Virus record (IMG/VR): IMGVR_UViG_3300030332_001503
Span: 1-47,896 of that record
Length of the DNA stretch: 47,896 bases
Reading direction: 5' to 3' (one strand)
DNA from: a virus
Lineage: Duplodnaviria > Caudoviricetes
Shown: positions 1-7,258 of the stretch, one piece after another
Position numbering within the stretch: the stretch's first letter is position 1
Layout of the letters: every line of letters begins with the position of its first letter
The notes under the pieces: generated by a model
What the model saw: only the letters and a program-made list of their open reading frames with translations
Told to the model about the DNA's origin: nothing
Database searches by the model: none
Made by a program: the position numbers and the translations under genes

Positions 1-163
1 TTGCATGCAGAAGACGCTGCCAGGCCATCGCCTCCTTCACCGGCGCGAACACCGAGGTGGTCTTGCGCCCCGCCTCCAGAATCTCAGGGGTCAGCGATTC
101 ATCCAGGAACGCACGCACTTGCTCGCGGAAATGCCGCTCCTGCTCGGGTACTCGTAAATCCAT
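1..163 (-). CDS. Acyl-CoA dehydrogenase family protein, N-terminal part (runs off the window)
   Basis: Not in the ORF track. ATG at 163 reads MDLRVPEQERHFREQVRAFLDESLTPEILEAGRKTTSVFAPVKEAMAWQRLLHA, the typical 'MDL...FR.EVR.FL...W.R.L' start of acyl-CoA dehydrogenases. Confidence 0.65.
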   Translation of the reverse strand, partial: MDLRVPEQERHFREQVRAFLDESLTPEILEAGRKTTSVFAPVKEAMAWQRLLHA

Positions 164-477
164 GGTTCACCCCGCTTGCGATAACGTCCGACAGCATAGA
201 ACCGGCAGGTTTCAACGGCAGTGACATCGAACACCAGCACCCTGGTGGAAACGGTCATCACCCGTCGCAGGCACAACCCGGTGGCTTGGTATAACTGACG
301 CCGAACCTTTCTAGGAAGTTCGGGTTGTAGGAGCTTGCCTTGCAAGCGAAAGGCCGGAGCAGGATTCCAGAGACGGTATTAATGGTGCCGCTGGAGAGCT
401 CTCTCGCATCCTGCTGGGAGCTTCGCTCCCTTTCGCGGGCATCGCCCGCTTCCGCAGTGGGTCCTGGACACAGCTCC

Positions 478-550
478 GGAAACGAAAAAGGCCAGCCACC
501 CGCAAGTAACTGCCCCTTTTTGTTGTATTTCCTCGAACGGAAGGATTCGA
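478..550. repeat. Degenerate third copy of the tRNA-Pro 3' end plus terminator (old att site)
   Basis: GGAAACGAAAAAGGCCAG...ACTGCCCCTTTTTGTTGTATTT...ACGGAAGGATTCGA aligns with about 4502..4575 and 47643..47715. ACGGAAGGATTCGA (537..550) is an exact 14-bp match to the tRNA T-arm. Confidence 0.7.
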
Positions 551-560
551 GAAGACCTTA

Positions 561-573
561 CAACTCATTGATT
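561..573 (-). promoter_or_regulatory. IHF binding consensus next to the old att
   Basis: Reverse complement AATCAATGAGTTG matches WATCAANNNNTTR. Confidence 0.5.
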
Positions 574-749
574 TACAATACTTTTCCCTAAAATTCCTCT
601 CCTCGTAACCCCATAAGCACCCCAAAATCAACCACCAGGAGCCTCGAGGGAGACTTTAGGCTGCTACTCGCACGCACCTAGCTGGGTCTAACGCCTTATC
701 AGCGTTTTGCCACCGGCGCCTTAAGCTCGGGATGACCGTGCGGTCGCTG

Positions 750-765
750 CGTGATGTGGATCACA
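750..765. promoter_or_regulatory. Possible CRP/Vfr site
   Basis: CGTGA-N6-TCACA (9/10 to TGTGA-N6-TCACA), 55 bp upstream of the 821 start. Confidence 0.35.
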
Positions 766-820
766 CCCTCATCGCCGGGTAAATTGTTCAGACTCAGATC
801 AAAACTAACCAGGGGGGAGT

Positions 821-1150
821 ATGGCTCTCATAACGTGTCCGGAATGTACCCGGGAGATTTCCGACCAAGCCGCCACCTGCCCGGGGTGTGGCGTATCCAT
901 AGCAGGCCAAGCCAGTGCCGGAGGCAATAATAGTGCTCCCAAGCGCCCCGTCACCATCGAGGAGACAGGAAAGAAGTACAAAAAGCAGATGCTTCTCTCC
1001 GCCGCTGTTATGTGCGCTGGCGTCGTTTGGGCGGTTGGCTCAGCCAGCACGCCAGGCGTAGGCGTGCCCGCCGGGCCGGTGTTCCTGATTTTCTTGGGGC
1101 TAATGTGGTTCATCGGCGCACGCATCGCAGCTTGGTGGAATCACGGGTAG
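821..1150 (+). CDS. Zinc-ribbon domain membrane protein
   Basis: MALITCPEC...CPGCG zinc ribbon, two C-terminal hydrophobic helices, G-rich SD. Confidence 0.8.
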   Translation: MALITCPECTREISDQAATCPGCGVSIAGQASAGGNNSAPKRPVTIEETGKKYKKQMLLSAAVMCAGVVWAVGSASTPGVGVPAGPVFLIFLGLMWFIGARIAAWWNHG

Positions 1151-1387
1151 CAGGTAGTCAAGGTTATCCCCCCCTGGAGAGAGTAGTGCTACTGGTGCCC
1201 ATTCCGTCTACCGGGCTAAAGCAAAGTCATACCCACTTAGGAGGGGCCAAACTGATGGGGGAGTGGCTACCGAGCGCTGATTGGAAAACTTATCGCGATA
1301 GAAAAATCCTATCGAAACGATTTTGCAATTGATTGCAAGGCTGTAAGTCCCTGATCCGCATCGCCTTCACATTCATTTCTGTCCTAC

Positions 1388-1434
1388 TTATCCACAATAA
1401 CTGTGGGTAAACCTGTGGAAACTCTTGTGAGAAT
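1388..1434. promoter_or_regulatory. DnaA-box cluster
   Basis: Perfect TTATCCACA at 1388..1396, then opposed boxes TGTGGGTAA (1402), TGTGGAAAC (1414) and TGTGAGAAT (1426) at 12-bp spacing. Confidence 0.55.
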
Positions 1435-1576
1435 CGTGCTATGACACTATTATCCCTTGCCCCAGCGGGCCTGGAACAGTGCTCGCGGGACATAAAAATA
1501 AGATCTAGGCCTTGCGGCTAACGCAGGCCACGAGTGGGAAGGCCCGCCCTTGCGGGTACACAGAGGGGAGAAGGCA

Positions 1577-1921
1577 ATGGTTAGAAAACCGCTGATAGAA
1601 GACAACTCCATCGTAGTTCGGTGCTATGCACGAAAGTCAGACAACCAATGGGTTGCAGTCTGCGTAGACCTTTGTTTGGCGGCACAAGGTGATTCCTGCG
1701 AAGAAGCGAAGACTCGCCTCCACTCTCAGGTGGAAGATTATGTAATGGACCTGCTGGAATCTGGCGAGGTGCTGACTCGCCCAGCGCCGGCATCCCAATG
1801 GCTCACCTATTGGCGTATCGGGCTGACCGTAAAGATACTTCGCAAGCTTAAGAACGCTAGAGCCTTTGCGGCAGCGGCGTTCCGCGATAGCATTTCCATG
1901 GAGGGTATGCGCGCAGCATGA
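1577..1921 (+). CDS. hicB: HicB-like antitoxin (short form, no obvious HTH/RHH)
   Basis: WVAVCVDLCLAAQGDSCEEAKTRL HicB motif, GGGGAG SD, ATGA overlap with the hicA-like gene. Confidence 0.75.
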   Translation: MVRKPLIEDNSIVVRCYARKSDNQWVAVCVDLCLAAQGDSCEEAKTRLHSQVEDYVMDLLESGEVLTRPAPASQWLTYWRIGLTVKILRKLKNARAFAAAAFRDSISMEGMRAA

Positions 1922-2187
1922 GAAGAGCCCCGCCCACCTGTAAACAGGTGAAAGCGGCGCTCAAGTCTCTGGGATTCGAGAAAGTAAAACCTCGAAAGGG
2001 TACTTCACATGAAAAGTTTCGCCATCCGGAGTTTCGGAAAGAAAAGCGAAACGTCACCGTTGACTGCCCAAAAGCGCCGTTTCGACCTGAACTTATAATC
2101 TCCATGGCGAGACAGGCAGGTCTCAAGAAGAATGAATTCTGGGATTTGTGTCTTGGCCGAATAAAGCCTGAAGACATACACGACTAG
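1918..2187 (+). CDS. hicA: HicA family mRNA interferase toxin
   Basis: Basic 89-aa protein with ALKSLGFEKV...KGTSHEKF...VTV...IISMARQAGL, the HicA dsRBD-like signature including the catalytic His. Confidence 0.85.
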   Translation: MRRAPPTCKQVKAALKSLGFEKVKPRKGTSHEKFRHPEFRKEKRNVTVDCPKAPFRPELIISMARQAGLKKNEFWDLCLGRIKPEDIHD

Positions 2188-2209
2188 CCCGCCCAGCGCG
2201 GGCTTTTTT
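2186..2209 (+). terminator. Intrinsic terminator after hicBA
   Basis: AGCCCGC-ccagc-GCGGGCT followed by TTTTT. Confidence 0.85.
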
Positions 2210-3168
2210 GTGTCCAGTCCCGGCAGCTAGTCAGCCCAGACCCACTTCTATTGCCAACCGGGAATTAACCCCGATACCCATTGCCCAGGCATGCCGTTTC
2301 GGGACCTCTGTACCCCCAAAAAGAACAGACAGACTTACCTCCTCATTGAATAGCTTCTGTCAGAAGCGCGGCAAATCATCCTGCAGAGAATGGCTACTAG
2401 CACTGACGCACCGCAAAGTTGCGCCATCTAATACCCCCTCGACACCGTTTTTGCGGTTAGCCTCTACTCACACCCATTGGGCAATCCTCCATATCGAGAG
2501 AATCCTGCCAGGTGAAGGAAGAAGGGCCTAGGTATGGACGAGCGAAAGTCGCCGAGACGACAGGGCGAGCATGCTTACGCCAACGGTAACAACGAATCCA
2601 ACGAGTATGAGAGGGGATACTTTCAAGCCCAGCGCGGGATCCGAACCCTCCCGCCCGAACTACGGGGCGCCCAGTAAAAAAGCGAGGGCCTCGGGGCAAT
2701 CCCGCGTGCACCAGCCGACTTACCAAAAGCGCCCGAGCCCTCTCCCGCAGCGCAACGGTACAAGAAGCGCCGCGACTCTGACCGATACTTACCCGAACAC
2801 TCGCGCACAACACCTATAATCTATCTCCTACACGTTCCGTCCATCATCTCCTACAGACACGCGACTGCGCTCTGCCCCACCCTGCGCTGACTGGCGAGTA
2901 CTCCCGGCCGCCGGCAACAAGCAGCCAGAGCGCGTGAACGTGATTCAATACTGGTGGATGACCGTCGGGCGACCATACAGTGACAAAAGGGTGTGTGTCG
3001 TGGTCTATCCGGGAAAGCCAACGGCAGCTTGGCAGTGAGCTTCGTACGGGGCCAACTGGGCACAAACGCCGTTCTAGAGCGGCGGCTCTACCTCTTAAAC
3101 GCCAGCCTAATGCTGCTGAAGTTGGCTGGGTATCGATTGCTGAAGGCTGGAGGAGCAGGAGAAGACAG

Positions 3169-3648
3169 ATGAAAGACGCTACGCTAAATGATGTTGAGGG
3201 GTATGGAGAGCTATCTTTCTCCTTCAGTGGTCAAGTCAGCACCTCTGCTGGATGGTTCCAACCGAAGAAAGCTGAAGATCTAGACAAATTCGATCCGTTC
3301 AGCGAGGCGACATTTTACGGCTGGATTGAAAAAAACCACATAACAGAGGCCATTCCTGTTCAAGTTATGGCCGTCGACCCAAGTAGCCAAACGGTGAGGA
3401 TAGCACCGGCCACACATCGATGGCCCAAATGGATCGCAGAGGTTCAGCACGAGAAAGAAGGCAACCGCACGATTGAATTCCAGTTTCCATGCGAGCCTTC
3501 GATAGAACAGGCGTGCGGCATGCTACAGCAGCATCTGGTTCCCAAAGGCGCCTTATTGCCCTCCGTTAAACGCAGCGACGGGGAACCATGCAGGGTACGG
3601 GTGGAAGCTGCAGGCTGGAGCGTTACAAGTATTCGATCTGCCATCTAG
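3169..3648 (+). CDS. Hypothetical protein
   Basis: ATG preceded by AGGAG; 159 aa of globular-looking sequence. Confidence 0.6.
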   Translation: MKDATLNDVEGYGELSFSFSGQVSTSAGWFQPKKAEDLDKFDPFSEATFYGWIEKNHITEAIPVQVMAVDPSSQTVRIAPATHRWPKWIAEVQHEKEGNRTIEFQFPCEPSIEQACGMLQQHLVPKGALLPSVKRSDGEPCRVRVEAAGWSVTSIRSAI

Positions 3649-3782
3649 CTGAACCGGAATCACGGAACGTATCGCCAACGACTCACCTCGGCGATATTGC
3701 AGAAGGCGCCGAACCTGGAGCCTACAACGACAGCACTGGGCTCTTTAAGCCCGGTGTCTCATATCAGCAGTAGGGGAACAAA

Positions 3783-4007
3783 ATGTCGAATGTTAACGAG
3801 TACCATAGCGTCAGCCAGCAGCTAGTCTATGCCGCGACAAATAAAAACAAACAAGATAAACGGGCAGCAGCGTTGGCACTGGCCTGCGGCTTGGTGGAGA
3901 GTGCAGTTAACAGCAACAAAGAGTTTGAGTTGCACGCTGGTTTCATTCGCGACTTGGCAGTGGAGATCGAAGCCTTCGCCGATGGTGTAGTCGGGGACGA
4001 CGGATAA
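3783..4007 (+). CDS. Hypothetical protein
   Basis: 74 aa with AGGGG SD. Confidence 0.55.
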   Translation: MSNVNEYHSVSQQLVYAATNKNKQDKRAAALALACGLVESAVNSNKEFELHAGFIRDLAVEIEAFADGVVGDDG

Positions 4008-4382
4008 CTATCACCCCGAGCACCCCGTATACTTCACTTTTACTTCACTTTCGGCGCGTCGGGCTCAGGTCCTAGCACCACTGCCCAGCCCGGTACTCTA
4101 CGCTGCCTCACGGTCTGGGTGCCGCATAGGTACGGACTAGCCGGGCATCGACGCCATCTCGAGATACTCGAACCTTCCGGGTCGACCAGCACATGGCTGA
4201 TAGGCTAGTGAGGAACACCCTGCATACTGACGGGGAACGGATCGCTGAGTAACCTCGAAGCAATCTGATGGCGAGTTGGAACCGGTTTGTTCACGCAACG
4301 AGCTGGTTCTGCATTCACAATGGGACTATCGCGTCTGCAAAGTGGTTACCTCGGCCCAGGGTAGGGCGGACCAGCACGACCA

Positions 4383-4487
4383 GGCACAGTAATCAAAAAG
4401 ATGACTAAGAACTTACGAGGCGGGCCACGAAGAAGTGGTGTGGACCGAGGCCGTGGCTGACCTGGATTGAGCCAGATCACGGGCTGA
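4383..4487 (+). pseudogene. Frameshifted 3' remnant of a tyrosine integrase closely related to the prophage integrase
   Basis: Aligns with 47501..47604 (GH...KMTKNY...HEEVVWTEAVADLD..ITG*) with at least three 1-nt indels. Confidence 0.85.
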
Positions 4488-4552
4488 GTTTTAAACGGCC
4501 AGGAAACGAAAAAGGGCCAGTGCTCGTAAGCCACTGACCCTTCTCGTTTTAT

Positions 4553-4601
4553 TTGGTCGGGACGGAAGGATTCGAACCTTCGACCCCTTGCACCCCATGC
4601 A
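4553..4601. repeat. Prophage att core, left copy (3' portion of tRNA-Pro)
   Basis: 49-bp TTGGTCGGGACGGAAGGATTCGAACCTTCGACCCCTTGCACCCCATGCA identical to 47693..47741. Confidence 0.95.
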
Positions 4602-4698
4602 GGCGGCCTAATCGGCCTATGTGGTTGATTTTATTGGCTTTCAGACTTGCTGAACTGACCAAAAAGACAGTGCTTTGTGTCGTTTCGCAAACCTTACA

Positions 4699-4711
4699 AA
4701 TCAATGACTTG
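4699..4711 (+). promoter_or_regulatory. IHF consensus in the phage att arm
   Basis: AATCAATGACTTG matches WATCAANNNNTTR, about 100 bp inside attL. Confidence 0.55.
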
Positions 4712-4744
4712 CGGATTCGTTTTGCATCGGCTCAAGCCGCCCAT

Positions 4745-4766
4745 ATACTGCCCGTATGTCCAGTAT
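4745..4766. promoter_or_regulatory. LexA (SOS) box overlapping a sigma70 promoter and start codon
   Basis: ATACTG-cccgtatgtc-CAGTAT (CTG-N10-CAG); TTGCAT (4722) and TATACT (4744); ATG at 4756. Confidence 0.6.
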
Positions 4767-5064
4767 CTCCCTCACCATCAAACAGCAGTGGGCCGGCTGC
4801 CTCGTCGTCCACCCGTGGAGCCGTGCTCAAATCGGCGTGCGGCGCAAAGGCGGCGGTCTGCGGTACGTGCCGTTCGGCGGCCTGCTGCACAAATCCTGGC
4901 TCCCCCTGTGGGTCACGCCCGTGGCCCTCGCGGTCACCGACTGGAACTACTCTGACGCCCATCAATCGGACCAGCGGCACATCATGTCGGGATTCGTGGT
5001 GGGCGCCCTGATCGAGCAGCGCGCCTTCGTTGTGCTCTATGACGGACGCCCGAAAGAGGTCTGA
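4756..5064 (+). CDS. Hypothetical protein, probably SOS-regulated and leaderless
   Basis: 102-aa ORF convergent with the tail genes; ATG lies 6 nt after a -10 hexamer. Confidence 0.6.
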   Translation: MSSISLTIKQQWAGCLVVHPWSRAQIGVRRKGGGLRYVPFGGLLHKSWLPLWVTPVALAVTDWNYSDAHQSDQRHIMSGFVVGALIEQRAFVVLYDGRPKEV

Positions 5065-5167
5065 GCGTACGCCACCTGTCTGCTCTGGCCTACAGACAGC
5101 CCGAAGCGGCCGCCCTACCCTGCATCTGTCCGCCGTCGGCAGGGAGGCCAGCGACCAGAGGTCAGCG

Positions 5168-5368
5168 TTACTCGGCGGGCAACTGATCCCTCACCAGCGC
5201 CACGAATTCATCATCGGTGGAATACAGGTTCGCCCCCACCGCCGTGAACTCGATGCCATGGCGCGTGGCCGAGCCCTGGACCGTGATGTGGCCGGCGCCG
5301 TCGATCTGCCCGCCTGCCGCCTCGATAGCGTTCGTGATCTGCGCGCGACTTCCGTAGAGCTCAATCAT
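5168..5368 (-). CDS. Small hypothetical protein at the end of the tail operon
   Basis: 66 aa, ATGA overlap with the upstream gene. Confidence 0.55.
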   Translation of the reverse strand: MIELYGSRAQITNAIEAAGGQIDGAGHITVQGSATRHGIEFTAVGANLYSTDDEFVALVRDQLPAE

Positions 5369-5706
5369 GCACACCCCGCGTATTTGACGTGTGGCGTCTC
5401 CGGCGGCGGGTCGATCAGCACGTCCGCCAGGGCGGCGCGGTAGGCCGCGTCGTGGTCAGGGTGCACCAGGACGTTGACGTGATAGCCCGGCACCGGCGCC
5501 ATTTCCGGGTACTCGTTGCCCTCGCCATCGGTCAGGGTCTCGCCGGTGGGCTCCTGGAGCGTGCCCAGCAGCTTGACGCGGATGCGGAAGGGGTCACCAC
5601 CGATGATCTGATCGCCAGTCTGGGGGTCGGCACCGACTAGGCCGGCAGCTTCCAGAGCTTCCATCATTGCCGCTTCGTCGGCGGCGCGAAGGTAGTAAGG
5701 TTTCAT
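5365..5706 (-). CDS. Tail-fibre-associated protein (possible assembly chaperone)
   Basis: Follows the fibre gene with an ATGA overlap; acidic, with PVPGYHVNV...P.TP motif. Confidence 0.6.
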   Translation of the reverse strand: MKPYYLRAADEAAMMEALEAAGLVGADPQTGDQIIGGDPFRIRVKLLGTLQEPTGETLTDGEGNEYPEMAPVPGYHVNVLVHPDHDAAYRAALADVLIDPPPETPHVKYAGCA

Positions 5707-6614
5707 GGCGCGGTAAGCCCCTGTAGTTCGGCGGCGGTTTTGGCTCGCTTTCTAAAAATAATGTCGGAAATTAAAAACCTTCCTTCTGGATTGGAAGAAA
5801 ATTGGCTGCCCAATCTTACCTCGGAGCCTGAAAAATCCATGCTCAAAATGTTGCTATCCGCCGTTCCGTTCAAAGCCACAACGCGGGTTCCTGTAGTAGG
5901 ATCATAAGAAACACCGAAAATTATTTTATCTCCCGGTTGATAGTTTGCGGAAACCTCAAAAATAGGACCAGCTCTGAATTGGGCGCGCGCCTTTCCGTCA
6001 AAGAAATAAAACGCAGCCCTGGTGAGGTTCGAAGAACCCAAAACCATAGCAAAGCAAAAAGCGTCTACAGGGTAATGGGTCGCCGTGCATTCTAATATCA
6101 CCGTCCAGCCTTCATTTAAACCAAACCACTCCGCCGTGTCCAAGTTCTCAATGGTCGCAACGTCAGCGGCTCGAGTGACTGCGCTGCCGTTGGTTTCAAT
6201 TGGTGATGTTGCTGCGCTGCCAGTCTCAAGCTGGAACACGTCCAGAGTGCCGGTCACCGTAACGGTCACGCTGGTGCCGGTCGTGGTGAACGTGAGCGGG
6301 GAACCATCCGTTGCGGTGCCAGAGCCTCCGGCTGTAACCTCCGCCGACCCGGAGCCATAGACGCTCAGGGTATAGGTCGTGGCATCGCTGACACTCACCG
6401 TCTGGGTGGCCGGCGCAAAGCTATTAAGCAGCAGGTTCGTCGCCTCACCTTCCAGGCGCTGGCCCAGGGACTCCCCGGTTACCGGATCGTGATCCCACGC
6501 AGGCTGCCCCGCAGGCACCTCGACAAGCTGCCCCTGCGCATTCCACACCCACTTCGGAGACGGCGCGGACAGGGTAAACATTTCGTCATAGTTGACGGTT
6601 TTAAGGTTCCGCAT
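5703..6614 (-). CDS. Tail/head spike fibre protein with lectin-like C-terminal domain
   Basis: G..LEGEATNLLLNS and QLE.G..ATSPI.T.GSAVTRAAD motifs of phage fibre domains; AT-richer C-terminal third. Confidence 0.7.
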   Translation of the reverse strand: MRNLKTVNYDEMFTLSAPSPKWVWNAQGQLVEVPAGQPAWDHDPVTGESLGQRLEGEATNLLLNSFAPATQTVSVSDATTYTLSVYGSGSAEVTAGGSGTATDGSPLTFTTTGTSVTVTVTGTLDVFQLETGSAATSPIETNGSAVTRAADVATIENLDTAEWFGLNEGWTVILECTATHYPVDAFCFAMVLGSSNLTRAAFYFFDGKARAQFRAGPIFEVSANYQPGDKIIFGVSYDPTTGTRVVALNGTADSNILSMDFSGSEVRLGSQFSSNPEGRFLISDIIFRKRAKTAAELQGLTAP

Positions 6615-7246
6615 CACGCCACCTCCAGAACGAACGATTGGGCTTTAAAGTCGGCGTAGAGGCTGGTCTCGCCGAACTCAGGGTGCAGGCTGCCGATCAG
6701 GGCGAGAATGCGGCTTTCCTGGCTGTTGAGGGCGTCCACCGCGTCGGCCAGGGTCTGGCTGTTGGGGTAGTCGCCGTTGGCCACGGCCGTGCTGTTGTCG
6801 TTCTGGTACAGCGTCAGGCCGCCCGCATCAGGCACCCAGAAGAACTCGGTGTCGGAGGTTCCTGCGATGCCTGCGGTGGTGTCGGCGTAGGTGGGCGCGC
6901 CATTGGCCGCGACGCCGGTGATCAGGTTGAAGCGGCTCTGAATCTTCCGCATCGCCCTGGTGAATATCGTGGCCGTCTCGATGTCGCCCTGTGCCATTTC
7001 GGGAATGCCGTCGGCAGTGAAATCGCGCTGGATGGCGTAGGCGCCCGACCGATCCGCGCCCTTGTACGGGACGGAGAGGGTCAACTGCGTATCGCCGTCC
7101 ACGCTGGCGATGTCGTAAACGACACCCGTGCCGGCCATGACGAAGCTGTCCCCGGCGCTGACGTTGGCCAGCCACGCCGTGCCGACGCCGGACACAACGG
7201 CGCTATCCTGAACCGCCGACGCGGTTCCGGTTCTGTACTGTGACAT
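6614..7246 (-). CDS. Side tail fibre (anchor) protein
   Basis: N-terminal YRTGT...VSGVGTAW...AGD...Y.IASV..DTQLTL..PY.G fibre attachment motif. Confidence 0.75.
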   Translation of the reverse strand: MSQYRTGTASAVQDSAVVSGVGTAWLANVSAGDSFVMAGTGVVYDIASVDGDTQLTLSVPYKGADRSGAYAIQRDFTADGIPEMAQGDIETATIFTRAMRKIQSRFNLITGVAANGAPTYADTTAGIAGTSDTEFFWVPDAGGLTLYQNDNSTAVANGDYPNSQTLADAVDALNSQESRILALIGSLHPEFGETSLYADFKAQSFVLEVA

Positions 7247-7258
7247 GGGGTTCTCCGG

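Larger units (their letters stand above)
537..4552. mobile_element. Decayed ~4-kb island or prophage remnant at the same tRNA-Pro site
   Basis: Bounded by att-like copies at 537..550 and 4553..4601. Contains an IHF consensus, accessory genes (hicBA) and a frameshifted integrase 3' end. Confidence 0.65.

Noticed and set aside
2208-3065. Several short ORFs in the island
   Set aside because: They show no motifs or convincing SD and are likely decayed non-coding DNA.
4554-4601. Second tRNA gene
   Set aside because: Only the 3' 48 nt are present; the D-arm and 5' acceptor strand are missing.
4553-5011. 152-aa ORF starting in the att core
   Set aside because: It is a translation of the tRNA fragment and att arm; 4756..5064 has better signals.
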